NCBI GenBank assembly: GCA_965275905.1
Contig: CBDHYJ010000054.1
Coordinates: forward strand, 17,497-81,496
DNA: 64,000 bases
Direction of reading: 5' to 3'
Source: Hyphomicrobiales bacterium
GTDB lineage: Bacteria; Pseudomonadota; Alphaproteobacteria; Rhizobiales; JAJFHC01
Every line of letters begins with the position of its first letter. Position 1 is the stretch's first letter. The notes below the pieces were generated by a model, which ran no database searches, was not told where the DNA came from, and was given only the letters and a program-made list of their open reading frames with translations. Position numbers and translations under genes: made by a program. Below, in pieces: positions 40,890 through 51,978 of this stretch.

Positions 40890-41644
40890 GCCTGGAGACG
40901 AAAAACCTTGTTGTTCGGTACGGTAAGCTGAAAGTTTTGAACGGCGCCTCGGTGACATTTCCGGCGCAATCGGTGACGGCTTTGGTCGGACCGAATGGCG
41001 CCGGCAAATCGACCCTCCTGCGTGCGATTGCCGGGCTTCAACCGGCTGAGGGCGATGTTCTGATTGAAGGAGCATCGGCGGACGCGCCCGCACGGCGCGC
41101 CGAAGTTGCCTACATGCCGCAGGACACAGCGGCGACTTCGTCACTGACGCTCATGGAAGTCGTTCTCCTTGGCCGCTTGCGTTCGCTCGGATTGTCGGTG
41201 CCCGGCGAGATGCTGGACGAAGCGGAATGGAGTCTCGGGCGCTTCGGTCTTGCCGCACTTGCGGGCCGGACGCTTGATGCCGTCAGCGGCGGGCAGCGGC
41301 AACTGGTTTACCTGGCGCAGGCCCTGTTTCGCCGTCCGCAAGTCCTGCTCCTGGACGAGCCGACAGCGGCTCTCGATCTTCGCCATCAGTTGATCGTGCT
41401 GGAAACGGTTCGTGAAACGGCGCGCCGGGATGGCATTGTGGTCGGCGTCGCGATGCACGATCTGTCACTTGCCGCGCAATTTGCAGACGGTTTTCTCTGT
41501 CTCGCCAACGGGGAGGTTGACGCGTCCGGACCTGCGAGGGATGTCCTGAGCGCGGAGCGCCTGCGGCGACTCTATGGTGTCGAAGCGGACATCGTAATGA
41601 GTGCGGAGGGTTGCCCGAGGATTACGCCCATCCGCGCCGTCTAG
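40886..41644 (+). CDS. ABC transporter ATP-binding protein (FecE/FhuC type)
   Basis: GTG at 40886 follows AGGAGG and overlaps the permease TGA (GTGA). Contains GPNGAGKSTLL, SGGQRQLVYLAQAL and LLLDEPTAALD. Confidence 0.85.
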   Translation: MSLETKNLVVRYGKLKVLNGASVTFPAQSVTALVGPNGAGKSTLLRAIAGLQPAEGDVLIEGASADAPARRAEVAYMPQDTAATSSLTLMEVVLLGRLRSLGLSVPGEMLDEAEWSLGRFGLAALAGRTLDAVSGGQRQLVYLAQALFRRPQVLLLDEPTAALDLRHQLIVLETVRETARRDGIVVGVAMHDLSLAAQFADGFLCLANGEVDASGPARDVLSAERLRRLYGVEADIVMSAEGCPRITPIRAV

Positions 41645-41681
41645 AGTGACCTGATCCAAACCCAAGAAGCGGTTACGTCTC

Positions 41682-42341
41682 TCAGGCGGCCTTGCGTTCG
41701 GTGAGGAAGACTCGCAGGGCAAATCCGATAAAGACCAGGCCCGAGGCGGCATCCATCGTGATGCGGAACCAGCGGGCATGCACGATCTGCCTCGCGACGC
41801 CGGCTGCTCCCGCCGCCAGGATGATGTGATAGAGCGCTGCCATCCCTGCGAGCACCAAGCCGAGCAGGAAGGTCTGAAGGGCGACCGACCCGTGCGCCGG
41901 AGAAACGAACTGCGGCACGAACGCCAGATAGAACAGGATGACCTTCGGGTTGAGCAGGTTTGTCAGGAAGGCGTGGCTTATGTTGCGCTGCCATCGTGCC
42001 GGCGGTGTCATTTGCGCAACCTGTGATCCACCCGGGTCACGCCACGACCGGTAGGCGCCGGCGAGAGCCCGCACGCCGAGCCACGCCAGATAGGCAGCGC
42101 CTAACCATCGAACCAGATCGAACAGCATCGGTGACGCTGCGATGACTGCGGATATTCCGAGCGCGGCCAGTCCGGCGTGCACTACGTTGCCTGCGGAGGT
42201 CCCGAGATTGGCAATCCAGCCTGCGTTTCGGCCCTCGAAGACGCTGCGGCTAAGGATCAGGAGCGAATCCGGACCAGGCACCAGAACCAGAAAGACCGCT
42301 GCTGCCACGTAGATCTGCAACGTGTTCCAATCGATGCCCAT
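41682..42341 (-). CDS. LysE/RhtB-family amino-acid exporter
   Basis: 219 aa, with the N-terminal VLVPGPDSLLILSRS motif. Confidence 0.85.
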   Translation of the reverse strand: MGIDWNTLQIYVAAAVFLVLVPGPDSLLILSRSVFEGRNAGWIANLGTSAGNVVHAGLAALGISAVIAASPMLFDLVRWLGAAYLAWLGVRALAGAYRSWRDPGGSQVAQMTPPARWQRNISHAFLTNLLNPKVILFYLAFVPQFVSPAHGSVALQTFLLGLVLAGMAALYHIILAAGAAGVARQIVHARWFRITMDAASGLVFIGFALRVFLTERKAA

Positions 42342-42501
42342 CGGAGTCCTCTGCTAGTGGAGTGGCTTGTGTTCGGCCGGTGCCTGCTCGCCCGGAGCAT
42401 ACCTCGGTACAGCCGCGTTAAGGAATAATTGACCATGAATTTTCATTATACCCCGATTGGCTAGGGCAATTGACGACAACAACGGAAGACGGGATCCAAG
42501 G

Positions 42502-44943
42502 ATGTCTCGCCTGTTTGTGAAGATTGCCTCGAAGCTCCGGAACCTGACCCTGATTTCGAAAATCGGCGGCGGATTCGGTGCCGTTCTGATGATCACGCTC
42601 GCTGTCGGGCTGCTCAGCGCCCACTCGATCAACCGCATCAACAACCAGGTCGCGATGACGGACGACGCGGCCCGCCTGCTGATATCGCTCCAGCAGATCG
42701 CGGAAGCCAAGGGCGACTATGTCAGCTCCGGGGTACGCGACTCCGCGGACCGGACGCTCGATCTGGTCGCCTCCCTTGAGGCTGACATCGGACGCCTGCT
42801 CGGCAGGGCGGGGGATGTCGAACGCCTCGACGCGGCCGGCAAGGCGACCGCCGGATTCCGGTCCGCCATGACCGATTACGTTGCGCTCATCGAACGCAGG
42901 ACAGAAGCGAACGAGGCCATGAAGGCCGCAGTCGGCGCGGTCATCGAGTCTTCGATTGCCAGCGGGAAGGCAGCCGGTGAAAGGCTGGCCGAAACCAGCG
43001 AAAGCGCCCGCGCAATCCGTGCCAGGCTGATCGAGACCCAGGACTTCTCGCGCCTCGCCGCCGCGCTGGCGCTGACGGCCAACGAGGTCCAGGTCCATAT
43101 CCTGCAGTTCATGGCGACCAAGTCGTCGAACATTCTCAGGCGGGCGGACAAGGGTGTCGAGAAGATTGCCAAGCTCAACGAGCGCTTCAAGGCGGCGCGA
43201 CTAAACCCCGCGTCAGCGCAGATCGTCGAAGCGATCGACAAACGCAGGAAGACCATGGCCGGGATATTCACGCGGCTCGGGTCCGGCGGTGAGTCCTTTG
43301 CCTCCGCCGATGATCCCGCGACGCTCGCGCTGAGGGTCAAGGCCCAGAAAGCCGCGCGCCGCATCGTAAAGGCGGCCAACAAGCTCAAGGAGGCTCAGGA
43401 TCAGGCGATCAGGGCGTCCTGGGGCTTCCTGGAACGCATTGAATCCCAGCAGGCGAAAACCACGGCGGAAGCCGCCGCCGCGACGACCATGGAGCGGTCC
43501 GCAAACGTGCTGATGTCCGCGGCTTCAAGCTATCTTCTTGACCCGACCCAGGGGCATGAACAAGCCCTCGAGAAACGGTTCGCCGAGCTTGGCCAGAACA
43601 CCGAGAAGGCCTTTGCCGATGCCTGGGATCAGGACAGCGCCGACGCGATCAAGGCTGCCCTTGGGCAGTTTTCCGGAGCCTTCGCTGAAATGCGGTCGGT
43701 TTTTGCCGAGGCCGAAGCCAAGGTGAAGGTGATGAGGGCCAACGCCTCGTCCCTGGTCGATGTCGTGACGGCGATCGGCGAACGCCAGATTGCTCAGGTG
43801 CAGGAGACCGGAACCGGGGCGATCAATGTATCGCTGTTCGCGATCGTGGCGGCGGTGGTCATGGGCGGGATCATGGCCTGGCTGCTGGGCCGCGCCATTA
43901 GCCGGCCGATCCGGGAAATGACCGGCGCGATGACGCAATTGGCGGATGGCGAGCTTGAAGTCGATCTGGCCGACACCGCAAGACGCGACGAGATCGGCAG
44001 GATGTACAAGGCCGTGACCGTATTCCGCGACAACGCGGTCGAGAACCAGCGTCTCTCGGAGGAGCGCAAGGTCGGTCACATCAGGCGGGAAAAACGCCAG
44101 GCGACAATCGAGGAACTCATCGCGGAGTTCCGGACGGACATGCAGGATGCGCTCGAAGCCGTCGACGGCAATGCCGCCCAGATGCGCTCGACCGCGGAGG
44201 TGCTGGCCGACGTCGCCCGGAAATCCAGCGGTCAGACAACGGCCGCGACGTCGGCATCCGAGAGCGCGACCGAGAACGTTCAGTCCGTTGCCACGGCGGC
44301 CGAGCAGCTCGACGCGTCGATCGCCGAGATTACCCGCCAGGTGGAGACCGCGACGGGTGTGGTCGAAAGGGCGGCCGAGAGCGCCAACCTGACGCAGGAC
44401 AGGATCGGCGGACTGGCTGAAGCCGCCAGCGCTATCGGCGACGTGGTCAAGCTGATCTCCGATATCGCTGAACAGACGAATCTTCTGGCGCTCAACGCGA
44501 CGATCGAGGCCGCGCGCGCAGGCGAGGCGGGCAAGGGCTTTGCAGTGGTCGCTTCCGAAGTCAAGTCGCTGGCCAACCAGACCGCCGACGCCACGGGTCA
44601 GATCTCGAGCCAGATCGCGGCGATCCAGGAGTCGACCCAGCAGGCGGTCACCGTGATCACCGAAATCCCCAAGACGATGGCCGACGTGAAGTCCTATACC
44701 AGCGCCATTGCGGCGGCCGTTGCCGAGCAGGGGAACGCAACGTCCGAGATTTCCCGTAACGCCGGCGAGGCGAGCGCGGGCACGCGGGCGACCAGCGAAA
44801 ACATCGAGCGCGTTTCATCCGGCGTTTCGGAAACCAACCAGTCCGCGGAACAGGTTTTGACTGCGGCACAGGAGGTGAGCACGCAGGCCGAGCAGTTGCG
44901 GCAAAAGGTGGACAGCTTCCTGGAACGCGTTGCCGCGGCCTGA
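42502..44943 (+). CDS. methyl-accepting chemotaxis protein
   Basis: Domain order is TM, long helical sensor region, second TM, HAMP, then the conserved signalling hairpin ([35 protein letters not shown]). Confidence 0.9.
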   Translation: MSRLFVKIASKLRNLTLISKIGGGFGAVLMITLAVGLLSAHSINRINNQVAMTDDAARLLISLQQIAEAKGDYVSSGVRDSADRTLDLVASLEADIGRLLGRAGDVERLDAAGKATAGFRSAMTDYVALIERRTEANEAMKAAVGAVIESSIASGKAAGERLAETSESARAIRARLIETQDFSRLAAALALTANEVQVHILQFMATKSSNILRRADKGVEKIAKLNERFKAARLNPASAQIVEAIDKRRKTMAGIFTRLGSGGESFASADDPATLALRVKAQKAARRIVKAANKLKEAQDQAIRASWGFLERIESQQAKTTAEAAAATTMERSANVLMSAASSYLLDPTQGHEQALEKRFAELGQNTEKAFADAWDQDSADAIKAALGQFSGAFAEMRSVFAEAEAKVKVMRANASSLVDVVTAIGERQIAQVQETGTGAINVSLFAIVAAVVMGGIMAWLLGRAISRPIREMTGAMTQLADGELEVDLADTARRDEIGRMYKAVTVFRDNAVENQRLSEERKVGHIRREKRQATIEELIAEFRTDMQDALEAVDGNAAQMRSTAEVLADVARKSSGQTTAATSASESATENVQSVATAAEQLDASIAEITRQVETATGVVERAAESANLTQDRIGGLAEAASAIGDVVKLISDIAEQTNLLALNATIEAARAGEAGKGFAVVASEVKSLANQTADATGQISSQIAAIQESTQQAVTVITEIPKTMADVKSYTSAIAAAVAEQGNATSEISRNAGEASAGTRATSENIERVSSGVSETNQSAEQVLTAAQEVSTQAEQLRQKVDSFLERVAAA

Positions 44944-45027
44944 GGCGCTGCCTGGCGCCGGACAGGACACGAATCCGGCGCATTAAGGTGGGTGGCGAAG
45001 GCGCCCCGGCAGGCGTAATCTCCTGAC

Positions 45028-46350
45028 ATGCTGAGCATTCTCGCCAACCGTATATTCCGTCACCTGTTCCTGGCACAGGTCGTGGCGCTGGTCGGCACCG
45101 GCCTGGCGACCGTCGCGCTGGCGCTGCTGGCGTTCGATCTCGCCGGCGACAATGCGGGCAGGGTGCTCGGCACTGCGCTTGCCATCAAGATGATCGCCTA
45201 TGTCGGGGTTTCGCCCGTTGCCTCCGCGTTTCTTTCCATTCTGCCGCGCCGCAGGGTCCTGGTGGTGCTTGACCTGTGCCGCATGGCCATCGTCGCTCTG
45301 CTGCCGTTCGTGACCGAGATCTGGCAGGTCTATGTGCTGATCTTTCTGCTGCAGTCCTGCTCGGCGGCGTTCACGCCCGCCTTCCAGGCGACCATTCCCG
45401 ATGTGCTGCAGGACGAAGAGGATTATACCAACGCGCTCTCCCTCTCGCGCCTGGCTTACGATCTGGAGAGCCTGGTCTCGCCCTTGCTTGCAGCGCTTCT
45501 GCTCGGTTTCGTGGCCTCCAGCACGCTCTTTGCCGGAACGGCGCTCGGCTTCCTCCTGTCGGCCGCATTCGTTCTGACCGTGGTCTTGCCGGATACGCGC
45601 AAAGCAGCGAGGCGCAGCGTATACGAGCGGACCACCCGGGGCTTGCGCATCTATCTCGCGACACCGCGCTTGCGGGGACTGTTTGCCGTCAACATGGCGG
45701 TCGCCGCCGTCGGGGCGATCGTTATCGTGAACACCGTTGTCTACGTGCAAGGAACCTATGGCCTTGGCGCACGGCAGACGGCTCTGGCGCTCGCCTCCTT
45801 CGGCTGCGGTTCGATGCTGGCCGCATTTGCCCTGCCGGGTCTGCTCAGACAGTTTTCCGACCGGACCGTGATGACCACCGCGATCGTGGCGCTCGCTGGA
45901 GTCGGCTTGAGCATCGGATTTCTGCCCGGCTACAAGACGTTGCTCGCGCTCTGGTTCGCTGCAGGCCTGGGCTACGCGGCGGCACTGGTGCCATCGGGGC
46001 GCCTGCTGCGGCGCTCCGCCCATCCGGAAGACCGGCCCGCGCTTTTCGCTGCGCAGTTCGCCCTGTCGCACGCCTGCTGGTTGGTGACCTATCCGCTGGC
46101 GGGCTGGATGGGCAGCATGGCCGGGCTGTCGCCGACCGCACTGCTGCTCGGCGGCATGGCGCTTGCGTCGTCCGTTGTCGCGCTGGCGGTATGGCCAGGT
46201 TCCGGCAGCCGCGACGTCGAGCACAGCCACGAGGACCTGCCGCCGGATCACCCGCATCTGCGTGAGGGGCACGGCCGGCACGGCATGGCGCACAGCCATG
46301 ACTTCGTGATTGACGACCTTCACCCGCACTGGCCGGGCCGCCAGGGATAA
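45028..46350 (+). CDS. MFS transporter
   Basis: 12-TM protein with a His-rich C-terminal tail (HSHEDLPPDHPHLREGHGRHGMAHSHD). Confidence 0.8.
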   Translation: MLSILANRIFRHLFLAQVVALVGTGLATVALALLAFDLAGDNAGRVLGTALAIKMIAYVGVSPVASAFLSILPRRRVLVVLDLCRMAIVALLPFVTEIWQVYVLIFLLQSCSAAFTPAFQATIPDVLQDEEDYTNALSLSRLAYDLESLVSPLLAALLLGFVASSTLFAGTALGFLLSAAFVLTVVLPDTRKAARRSVYERTTRGLRIYLATPRLRGLFAVNMAVAAVGAIVIVNTVVYVQGTYGLGARQTALALASFGCGSMLAAFALPGLLRQFSDRTVMTTAIVALAGVGLSIGFLPGYKTLLALWFAAGLGYAAALVPSGRLLRRSAHPEDRPALFAAQFALSHACWLVTYPLAGWMGSMAGLSPTALLLGGMALASSVVALAVWPGSGSRDVEHSHEDLPPDHPHLREGHGRHGMAHSHDFVIDDLHPHWPGRQG

Positions 46351-46417
46351 AACGCCTCAGTCTGCGCGTGTCAGGCGATGACAATTGTCGTCCGTGAAAT
46401 TCAGGACCTCGCCGCTT

Positions 46418-47908
46418 TCAGTTCCCCGGCTGCAGCAGGGCAACCAGACGCGCCGGTGTCGGCGCGCTCGCCGGATCGGTCAGGATGCTGTTGATCTCGG
46501 CGCGGCTTTCTCCGGGCAGTGCGGCGGCACCGTAAAGCTCAAGCTTGCCGGCGATTTCCTCGTCCGGCAGGGGCGCATCGAAATTGCCGCGCGCGACGAC
46601 AGGCTCCGATCGCAGGCGGCGGCCGTCACTCAGCACCAGCGCGACGTCGGCACAGCGCTCCTCCGGGAACGCGTCATTGTATTTGACGCTTTCCTCAAAA
46701 CGGACCTTGTCCACCAGTTGCCAGACCTCGGGCCGGTCGTAGGACTCCGGCAGAACGTGCTCGGGCAGCACGGTGCCGTGGACGGCTGCGAGGGCCGCCA
46801 CCAGGGGCAGGCTGTACTGGGCGGCATCGCCCGTGCCCGGACGGCGCGTGTCCAGCCTGGTGGCTTCATGGAAGGTGGACACGATGAATTCTTCGATCTC
46901 GTTGATGCCGATCGTGTTCGATCGTGTAAGCGAGAGAACCCCCTCGATCGCCGGATGCGCCCAGCGGCAGACCGGATAGGCTTTGAAGTTGCTTTCCAGG
47001 ATCCGCCAGCGCTGTCCGATATCGTGCCAGAATTCGGCAACGTCATCCGTCTCGCAGGTGATCGCGGGCGCTCCGGTAAAGCCGTCCTCGGCAAGATCGG
47101 CGGCGGAAACTCCGGCCAGCGCGCCCCAGCTGCTGCTGTCCTTGACCATCGAGGGATGGTCGATACAGCGCATCATCTGTGCCCGGGGACCGTAATATTC
47201 GGCGATGCCGAGGGCCTGTCGCGTCTGTTCGGACGAAAATCCGCGCAACCGGGCCGCGACGGCCGCGCAGCCAAGGGCGTTCCAGGCTCCGGATGAATGG
47301 TAGTCGGCGACTGTTGAGTGAAGCGAGAGGCCGGCCCTGAGCGCTATCTCATAACCCACGATCAGATGCGTCAGCATCTCGTCGAGGCCGCACTCCGGTG
47401 CGACTCCGAGCTCTCCCAGCAACGCGGGGACCAGGGCCGCTCCGGCGTGCCCCTTGCAGAGCTGGTGGCCGTCATGGCCATCGAGGGCATCAACGGTGGC
47501 CCCGCCGGCAAAAGCGAATCCCACGGGATTGACCCGGCGTCCGTCGAACGGCATCGGGACGTCGCCGGAACTGTAGCGCCGCGCCGCGTGGTCGCGCGCG
47601 ATCCGGCTCGGTTCGGTCGCAACGCCGCCCGCCCAGACCGCAAGCGTGTCCACCAGGCAGCGGCGTGCCATGTGCATCACGTCCGCCGGGACGCCGGAAG
47701 GTTTGAGGCCATGGATGAATTGATGCGTGTCGGCAAAGCTGTTTACGGTCAAAATCGGCTCCCCTGCAGTCGTCGCCCACCTCGATACATGTAGCCGTTC
47801 CGGCCCGGTTTCGGAATAGCGCTGATCGGGCGGACACCGTTCCCAATCGCCGGAAATGCCCAAGATCCGAGGGGCGCAGGCGGCAGCCTTCATTGTCTGC
47901 GGTGCCAA
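46418..47908 (-). CDS. MmgE/PrpD-family protein
   Basis: PrpD-like sequence starts at FADTHQFIHGL...ARRCLVDTLAVWAGG. The true start is probably downstream of 47908. Confidence 0.8.
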   Translation of the reverse strand: MAPQTMKAAACAPRILGISGDWERCPPDQRYSETGPERLHVSRWATTAGEPILTVNSFADTHQFIHGLKPSGVPADVMHMARRCLVDTLAVWAGGVATEPSRIARDHAARRYSSGDVPMPFDGRRVNPVGFAFAGGATVDALDGHDGHQLCKGHAGAALVPALLGELGVAPECGLDEMLTHLIVGYEIALRAGLSLHSTVADYHSSGAWNALGCAAVAARLRGFSSEQTRQALGIAEYYGPRAQMMRCIDHPSMVKDSSSWGALAGVSAADLAEDGFTGAPAITCETDDVAEFWHDIGQRWRILESNFKAYPVCRWAHPAIEGVLSLTRSNTIGINEIEEFIVSTFHEATRLDTRRPGTGDAAQYSLPLVAALAAVHGTVLPEHVLPESYDRPEVWQLVDKVRFEESVKYNDAFPEERCADVALVLSDGRRLRSEPVVARGNFDAPLPDEEIAGKLELYGAAALPGESRAEINSILTDPASAPTPARLVALLQPGN

Positions 47909-47946
47909 ACGTGATATAGGGCGAAGCGGTTGACATTCTTCTGGAG

Positions 47947-48354
47947 ATGGCGATGACGGAGACGCAAGGGCTGAACCACCTGGGCCTGGCGGTCAGGGAT
48001 CTGGATCAGACGACGGCATTCTTTACCGGTGTGCTGGGCTGGTCGGAGATTGCAAGAGACGACAGCTATCCGCGCAACGCCGTCACCGACGGTCAGGTTC
48101 GCCTCACACTCTGGCAGGTCGACCGGTCAAATGCGGTGACCGCCTTCGACCGCAGGGCCAATGTCGGTCTGCATCACCTGGCGCTCACCGTCCCGACGGA
48201 GGCCGATCTGGACCGGCTGGCCGTGAGCGTCCGGGACTGGCCCGGGGTTGAAATCGAGTTCATGCCCGAGCCGCTCGGAGACGGGCCGCGCAAGCACATG
48301 ATGTTCGCTGAACCCGGCGGTATCCGTCTCGAATTGATCTGGCCGGGCGAATAG
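47947..48354 (+). CDS. VOC (glyoxalase/bleomycin-resistance/dioxygenase) family protein
   Basis: 135 aa containing LNHLGLAVRDLD, GLHHLALTV and GGIRLEL. Confidence 0.8.
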   Translation: MAMTETQGLNHLGLAVRDLDQTTAFFTGVLGWSEIARDDSYPRNAVTDGQVRLTLWQVDRSNAVTAFDRRANVGLHHLALTVPTEADLDRLAVSVRDWPGVEIEFMPEPLGDGPRKHMMFAEPGGIRLELIWPGE

Positions 48355-48387
48355 ACCGCTCCGGGTCGCGAGCCGCAGGTCGCCGAC

Positions 48388-49299
48388 ATGCTTGAAGCCT
48401 GGATACCGCTGACGATTGCCGGGGCGTTCTTCCAGAACCTCCGCTCCGCGCTGCAGAAGCATCTGAAATCCCGACTTTCGACGGCGGGTGCGACCTATGT
48501 GCGGTTCCTCTACGCATGGCCGTTCGCTGTGCTCTATCTCTGGGGCCTTGCCCATTTCGGCGGCTTCGATCTGCCGCGGCCCAACGTCACGTTTCTGGTC
48601 TATTGCGTGCTTGGCGGCATCTCGCAGATCGTCTTCACCTTCCTGCTTATCTGGCTCTTCTCATTCCGGAATTTTGCCGCCGGCACGGTCTACTCCAAGA
48701 CCGAGACGGTTCAGGTGGCGATCCTCGGTCTTCTGATCCTGGGCGACCCGCTCACCCTAGGCGCGGGCGTCGCGATCCTGGTCAGCCTGATCGGCGTGAT
48801 GGCGCTCTCGGTGGCCGAGACGAAGGTTTCCGTCCGCAGTCTGGCTGCAAGCCTGTTCGAGCGGACGACACTTGTCGGTCTCGCCTGCGGCGCGGCACTC
48901 GGGGCCTCGGTCGTGTTCTTCCGTGGCGGCGCGCTGGCGCTCGACGGCGACGGCTTCCTGATCCGCGCGGCCATGACGCTCGCGGTTTCGGTGGTGATCC
49001 AGACCGTGATCATGGGTGTCTATCTGCTGCTGCGTGAGCCGGATCAACTCCGCGCGGTCGTGGTCCACTGGCGGCCGTCGCTGTCGGTCGGCGTGGCCGG
49101 CGCTCTGGCCTCTATCTTCTGGTTTTCGGCCTTCACCCTGCAGAACGCGGCTTACGTGCGGGCCCTTGGCCAGATCGAGTTGATCTTCACCGTGGTCGCC
49201 TCCGCCGTCCTGTTCAAGGAGAAGGTGAGGGGGCTCGAACTGGTCGGCGTGCTTTTTATTGTCGCCGGCATCCTCATTCTGGTCCTTACCGCATCCTGA
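48388..49299 (+). CDS. EamA/DMT-family transporter
   Basis: Ten-TM protein; this is the third DMT-family gene in the window. Confidence 0.8.
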   Translation: MLEAWIPLTIAGAFFQNLRSALQKHLKSRLSTAGATYVRFLYAWPFAVLYLWGLAHFGGFDLPRPNVTFLVYCVLGGISQIVFTFLLIWLFSFRNFAAGTVYSKTETVQVAILGLLILGDPLTLGAGVAILVSLIGVMALSVAETKVSVRSLAASLFERTTLVGLACGAALGASVVFFRGGALALDGDGFLIRAAMTLAVSVVIQTVIMGVYLLLREPDQLRAVVVHWRPSLSVGVAGALASIFWFSAFTLQNAAYVRALGQIELIFTVVASAVLFKEKVRGLELVGVLFIVAGILILVLTAS

Positions 49300-49306
49300 T
49301 CCGGCG

Positions 49307-49885
49307 CTAGGCGCGGGAGTAAAAGCGCATCACCACGTCATCGGGTCCGCTTTCGGTCGTCCGCAGGTGCCAGGTCGCGGGCGGCACGTCCGGTCCGAAC
49401 AGCCGCTTGCCGTCCGCGGCAATGACCGGAAACGACCACAGCCTGATTTCGTCGACGAGATCGTGCTGCAACAGGCTCTGGGCGAGTTCCCAACTGCCGT
49501 GAACCTGAATGAGCGGCCCGTCTTCGGCCTTGATCCGCGCGACGGACTCGGCCGCATCGCCGGGCAGGGCCACCGCGTTGTTCCAGGTCAGATCCGAGAG
49601 CGAGTTGGTCACGACATATTTGCGTGCGGCGTTCATGAGCCTGGCCGCCGGGTTTTCGTCGCCGATGTTCGGCCAGAACGCCGCGAAACTCTCATACGTC
49701 TTGCGCCCGAACAGGACGTCATAGGGTTCCGGCATGGCGTGTTCCATCACATGCGGCATGATCGTCTCCATATAGGGCGCGGCCCAGCCGCCGTCGAAGC
49801 CGCCTGTTGGGTCTTCGTCGGGCATGACCGGCGCCTGCATCACGCCATTGAGGGTTTCGAACGTCAGAAGGGCGAGGGATCTCAT
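49307..49885 (-). CDS. dihydrofolate-reductase-like (RibD C-terminal domain) family protein
   Basis: ATG 49885 follows AAGGAG. Contains LTFETLNGVMQAP, YDVLFGRKTYESF and DEIRLWSFPVIAADGKRLF. Confidence 0.8.
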   Translation of the reverse strand: MRSLALLTFETLNGVMQAPVMPDEDPTGGFDGGWAAPYMETIMPHVMEHAMPEPYDVLFGRKTYESFAAFWPNIGDENPAARLMNAARKYVVTNSLSDLTWNNAVALPGDAAESVARIKAEDGPLIQVHGSWELAQSLLQHDLVDEIRLWSFPVIAADGKRLFGPDVPPATWHLRTTESGPDDVVMRFYSRA

Positions 49886-50083
49886 CGACTGTCTCCTTGG
49901 GGACGGAAGCCTGAATGAATGCGGGTGCCGGAGTAGGAGCATCGGTCCCGGCACCCGTTACACTATCTGATTTGCGGGCCATCGGAACGGGGAATGCCGC
50001 GAATGACGGCCACGATTTTTCCGCAGGCATGGTATGGATGCCGGATGCCGGACAGAAACGGCATTTCATGAGGGGATGACCAC

Positions 50084-50848
50084 GTGGCGATGGCAAAGAA
50101 AGACCGGATTCGCGCCTTGCTGAAGAGCATTGAGACCGGTGATCCCGGACCGGTCGCCGTGGTCAATGAAGCGAAGTACATCCAGCACAATCCGCAGACG
50201 CACGAGGGCAGCGAGGGCCTGGCCGCCCTCTTCGAGCGGCTGTCGAAGACCGGACCCCGCGTCAACATGGTCCGGGCCTTCGAGGATGGCGACTTCGTGT
50301 TCGCCCATATGGAATACGACTTCGCGAGCCGTAAGATCGCCTTCGAGGTCTTCCGGTTCGAGGACGGCCGTGCGGTCGAGCACTGGGACAACATTCAGGA
50401 ACGTCTCGGCCCCAACCGGTCGGGGCACAGCATGGTGGACGGACCGGCCGAGGCCACCGATCCCGAATTGACGGAAAGCAACCGCGCCTGTGTCCGGTCC
50501 TTCATTGAAACGGTACTCATCGATGGCCGGACCGACCGCCTCGAGGAGTTCGTCAACGGGGAGACCTATATCGAGCACAACCCGCATCTGGCGGACGGCG
50601 TGTCCACGCTCAGGTCCGCCCTTGAAGCCGAGGCCGACGGCCGCAGGCGGATCGACTATCAGCGCGTCCATCGTGTCCTGGCCGACGGCAGCTTTGTCCT
50701 CTCCGTCAGCGAGGGCCGCAATGACGGCGTTCACTCCGCCTTCTACGATCTTTTCCGGCTGGCGGACGGCAGGATTGCAGAGCATTGGGACACGACCGAA
50801 AAGGTGGCGCCCCGCAGCGAGTGGAAGAACGACAACGGCAAGTTCTGA
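50084..50848 (+). CDS. tandem NTF2/SnoaL-like domain protein
   Basis: Two internally repeated halves are visible: YIQHNPQTHEG...FRFEDGRAVEHWDNIQ and YIEHNPHLADG...FRLADGRIAEHWDTTE. Confidence 0.7.
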   Translation: MAMAKKDRIRALLKSIETGDPGPVAVVNEAKYIQHNPQTHEGSEGLAALFERLSKTGPRVNMVRAFEDGDFVFAHMEYDFASRKIAFEVFRFEDGRAVEHWDNIQERLGPNRSGHSMVDGPAEATDPELTESNRACVRSFIETVLIDGRTDRLEEFVNGETYIEHNPHLADGVSTLRSALEAEADGRRRIDYQRVHRVLADGSFVLSVSEGRNDGVHSAFYDLFRLADGRIAEHWDTTEKVAPRSEWKNDNGKF

Positions 50849-50865
50849 GATGTGGAAGGCGGGGC

Positions 50866-51888
50866 CTAGACGGCCCACTCGAACACGTAGCCGGAGATGA
50901 GCGAGCCGGTGAGGGCGAGCACGAGGTAGAGCAGAAAGGGCTTGGCCTTGAGCACGGGCACGACGGCGAGCGCGCCCCAGATGCTGACCACCGCGCCGGA
51001 AACGAGAAACGCCATGGCGGCACCCTGCGACATGCCGTTGTCGATCAGGCCGCGCGTCAGCGGCAGCGCCGCGTAGCCGTCGATATAGGCGGGCGCGCCC
51101 ACGAAGACGGCAGCCGGGATGGCCCACCACGTCTCCTCGCCAACGTAAGCCGCCAGCGACCCGGGCGTCAGCGCTGCGTTGAGCGCGTACTCCGCCATGA
51201 AGGCCGGGATCAGGCAGACCAGGATCAGCCGGGTCGTGGCCCAAGCCTGGCGCGCGAAGGACCGGCGGCGTTCTTTCGTCTTCCAGACGCGGGCGTCGAA
51301 TGTCGCCGGCCCGCAGCACCGCGCCGTGCTGAGCTGCCGGGCGAGGCGGTTGTCCCGCAACGCGTCCCTGGCCCAGTCCCGGCGCGCGAACAGCGCGGTC
51401 ACGGCGCCGCCGAACAGACCCAGGCCGAGGGCCGCAACCGTCTTGCCGAAAGCGAAGGCAAACCCCAGCGTTGCCGCCGTGGTTGCCAGCATGGCCGGGT
51501 CGGTGACGGGCGACGACAGCCAGAACGCCATGATCGGAGCGAGCGGCACGCCCGCCACCAGAAGTCCCGCCATCAGCGGCAGCACCGCGACACCGCAGAC
51601 CGGCGTGATGGCGCCGATCGCCGATGCCGCCACGATCGTGTGCAGCATGCGCCCTTCGAAGGCGCGCGCGATATGTGCGTCCGCGCCGCTGGCGATGATC
51701 CAGGCCGCGAGCAGGATGCCGGGCACCACGACGGGCGCCACCTTCACGAGCCCTATGAGCGAGAAGCTGATCGCCGCCAGAAGGTGCCCCGGCCAGAGGC
51801 TGCCGGCGACAGCGAGGATGACGGCGCCCACGAGCAGCCACGGGACTTTCGTCCTGGGAGCGTCTGTCTGTGTCGTCTGGTCTGTCAT
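50866..51888 (-). CDS. predicted permease (YraQ/ArsP_1-like, PF03773-type)
   Basis: Polytopic membrane protein with AITPVCGVAVLPLMAGL and LSSPVTDP motifs. The start is taken at MTDQTTQ. Confidence 0.7.
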   Translation of the reverse strand: MTDQTTQTDAPRTKVPWLLVGAVILAVAGSLWPGHLLAAISFSLIGLVKVAPVVVPGILLAAWIIASGADAHIARAFEGRMLHTIVAASAIGAITPVCGVAVLPLMAGLLVAGVPLAPIMAFWLSSPVTDPAMLATTAATLGFAFAFGKTVAALGLGLFGGAVTALFARRDWARDALRDNRLARQLSTARCCGPATFDARVWKTKERRRSFARQAWATTRLILVCLIPAFMAEYALNAALTPGSLAAYVGEETWWAIPAAVFVGAPAYIDGYAALPLTRGLIDNGMSQGAAMAFLVSGAVVSIWGALAVVPVLKAKPFLLYLVLALTGSLISGYVFEWAV

Positions 51889-51931
51889 GGGCGCCAAATC
51901 CTCCGGCCGCTTGCAAAATAGCGGCGCTTTT

Positions 51932-51943
51932 TTCATAAATGAA
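51932..51943. promoter_or_regulatory. candidate LysR-type operator (TTCAT-AA-ATGAA)
   Basis: A perfect short palindrome in the 90-bp divergent region between the permease and the LysR gene. The T-N11-A style is consistent with LysR boxes. Confidence 0.3.
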
Positions 51944-51978
51944 ACGAATAGATTGGGAATCAACTATTGGAGAATCGA

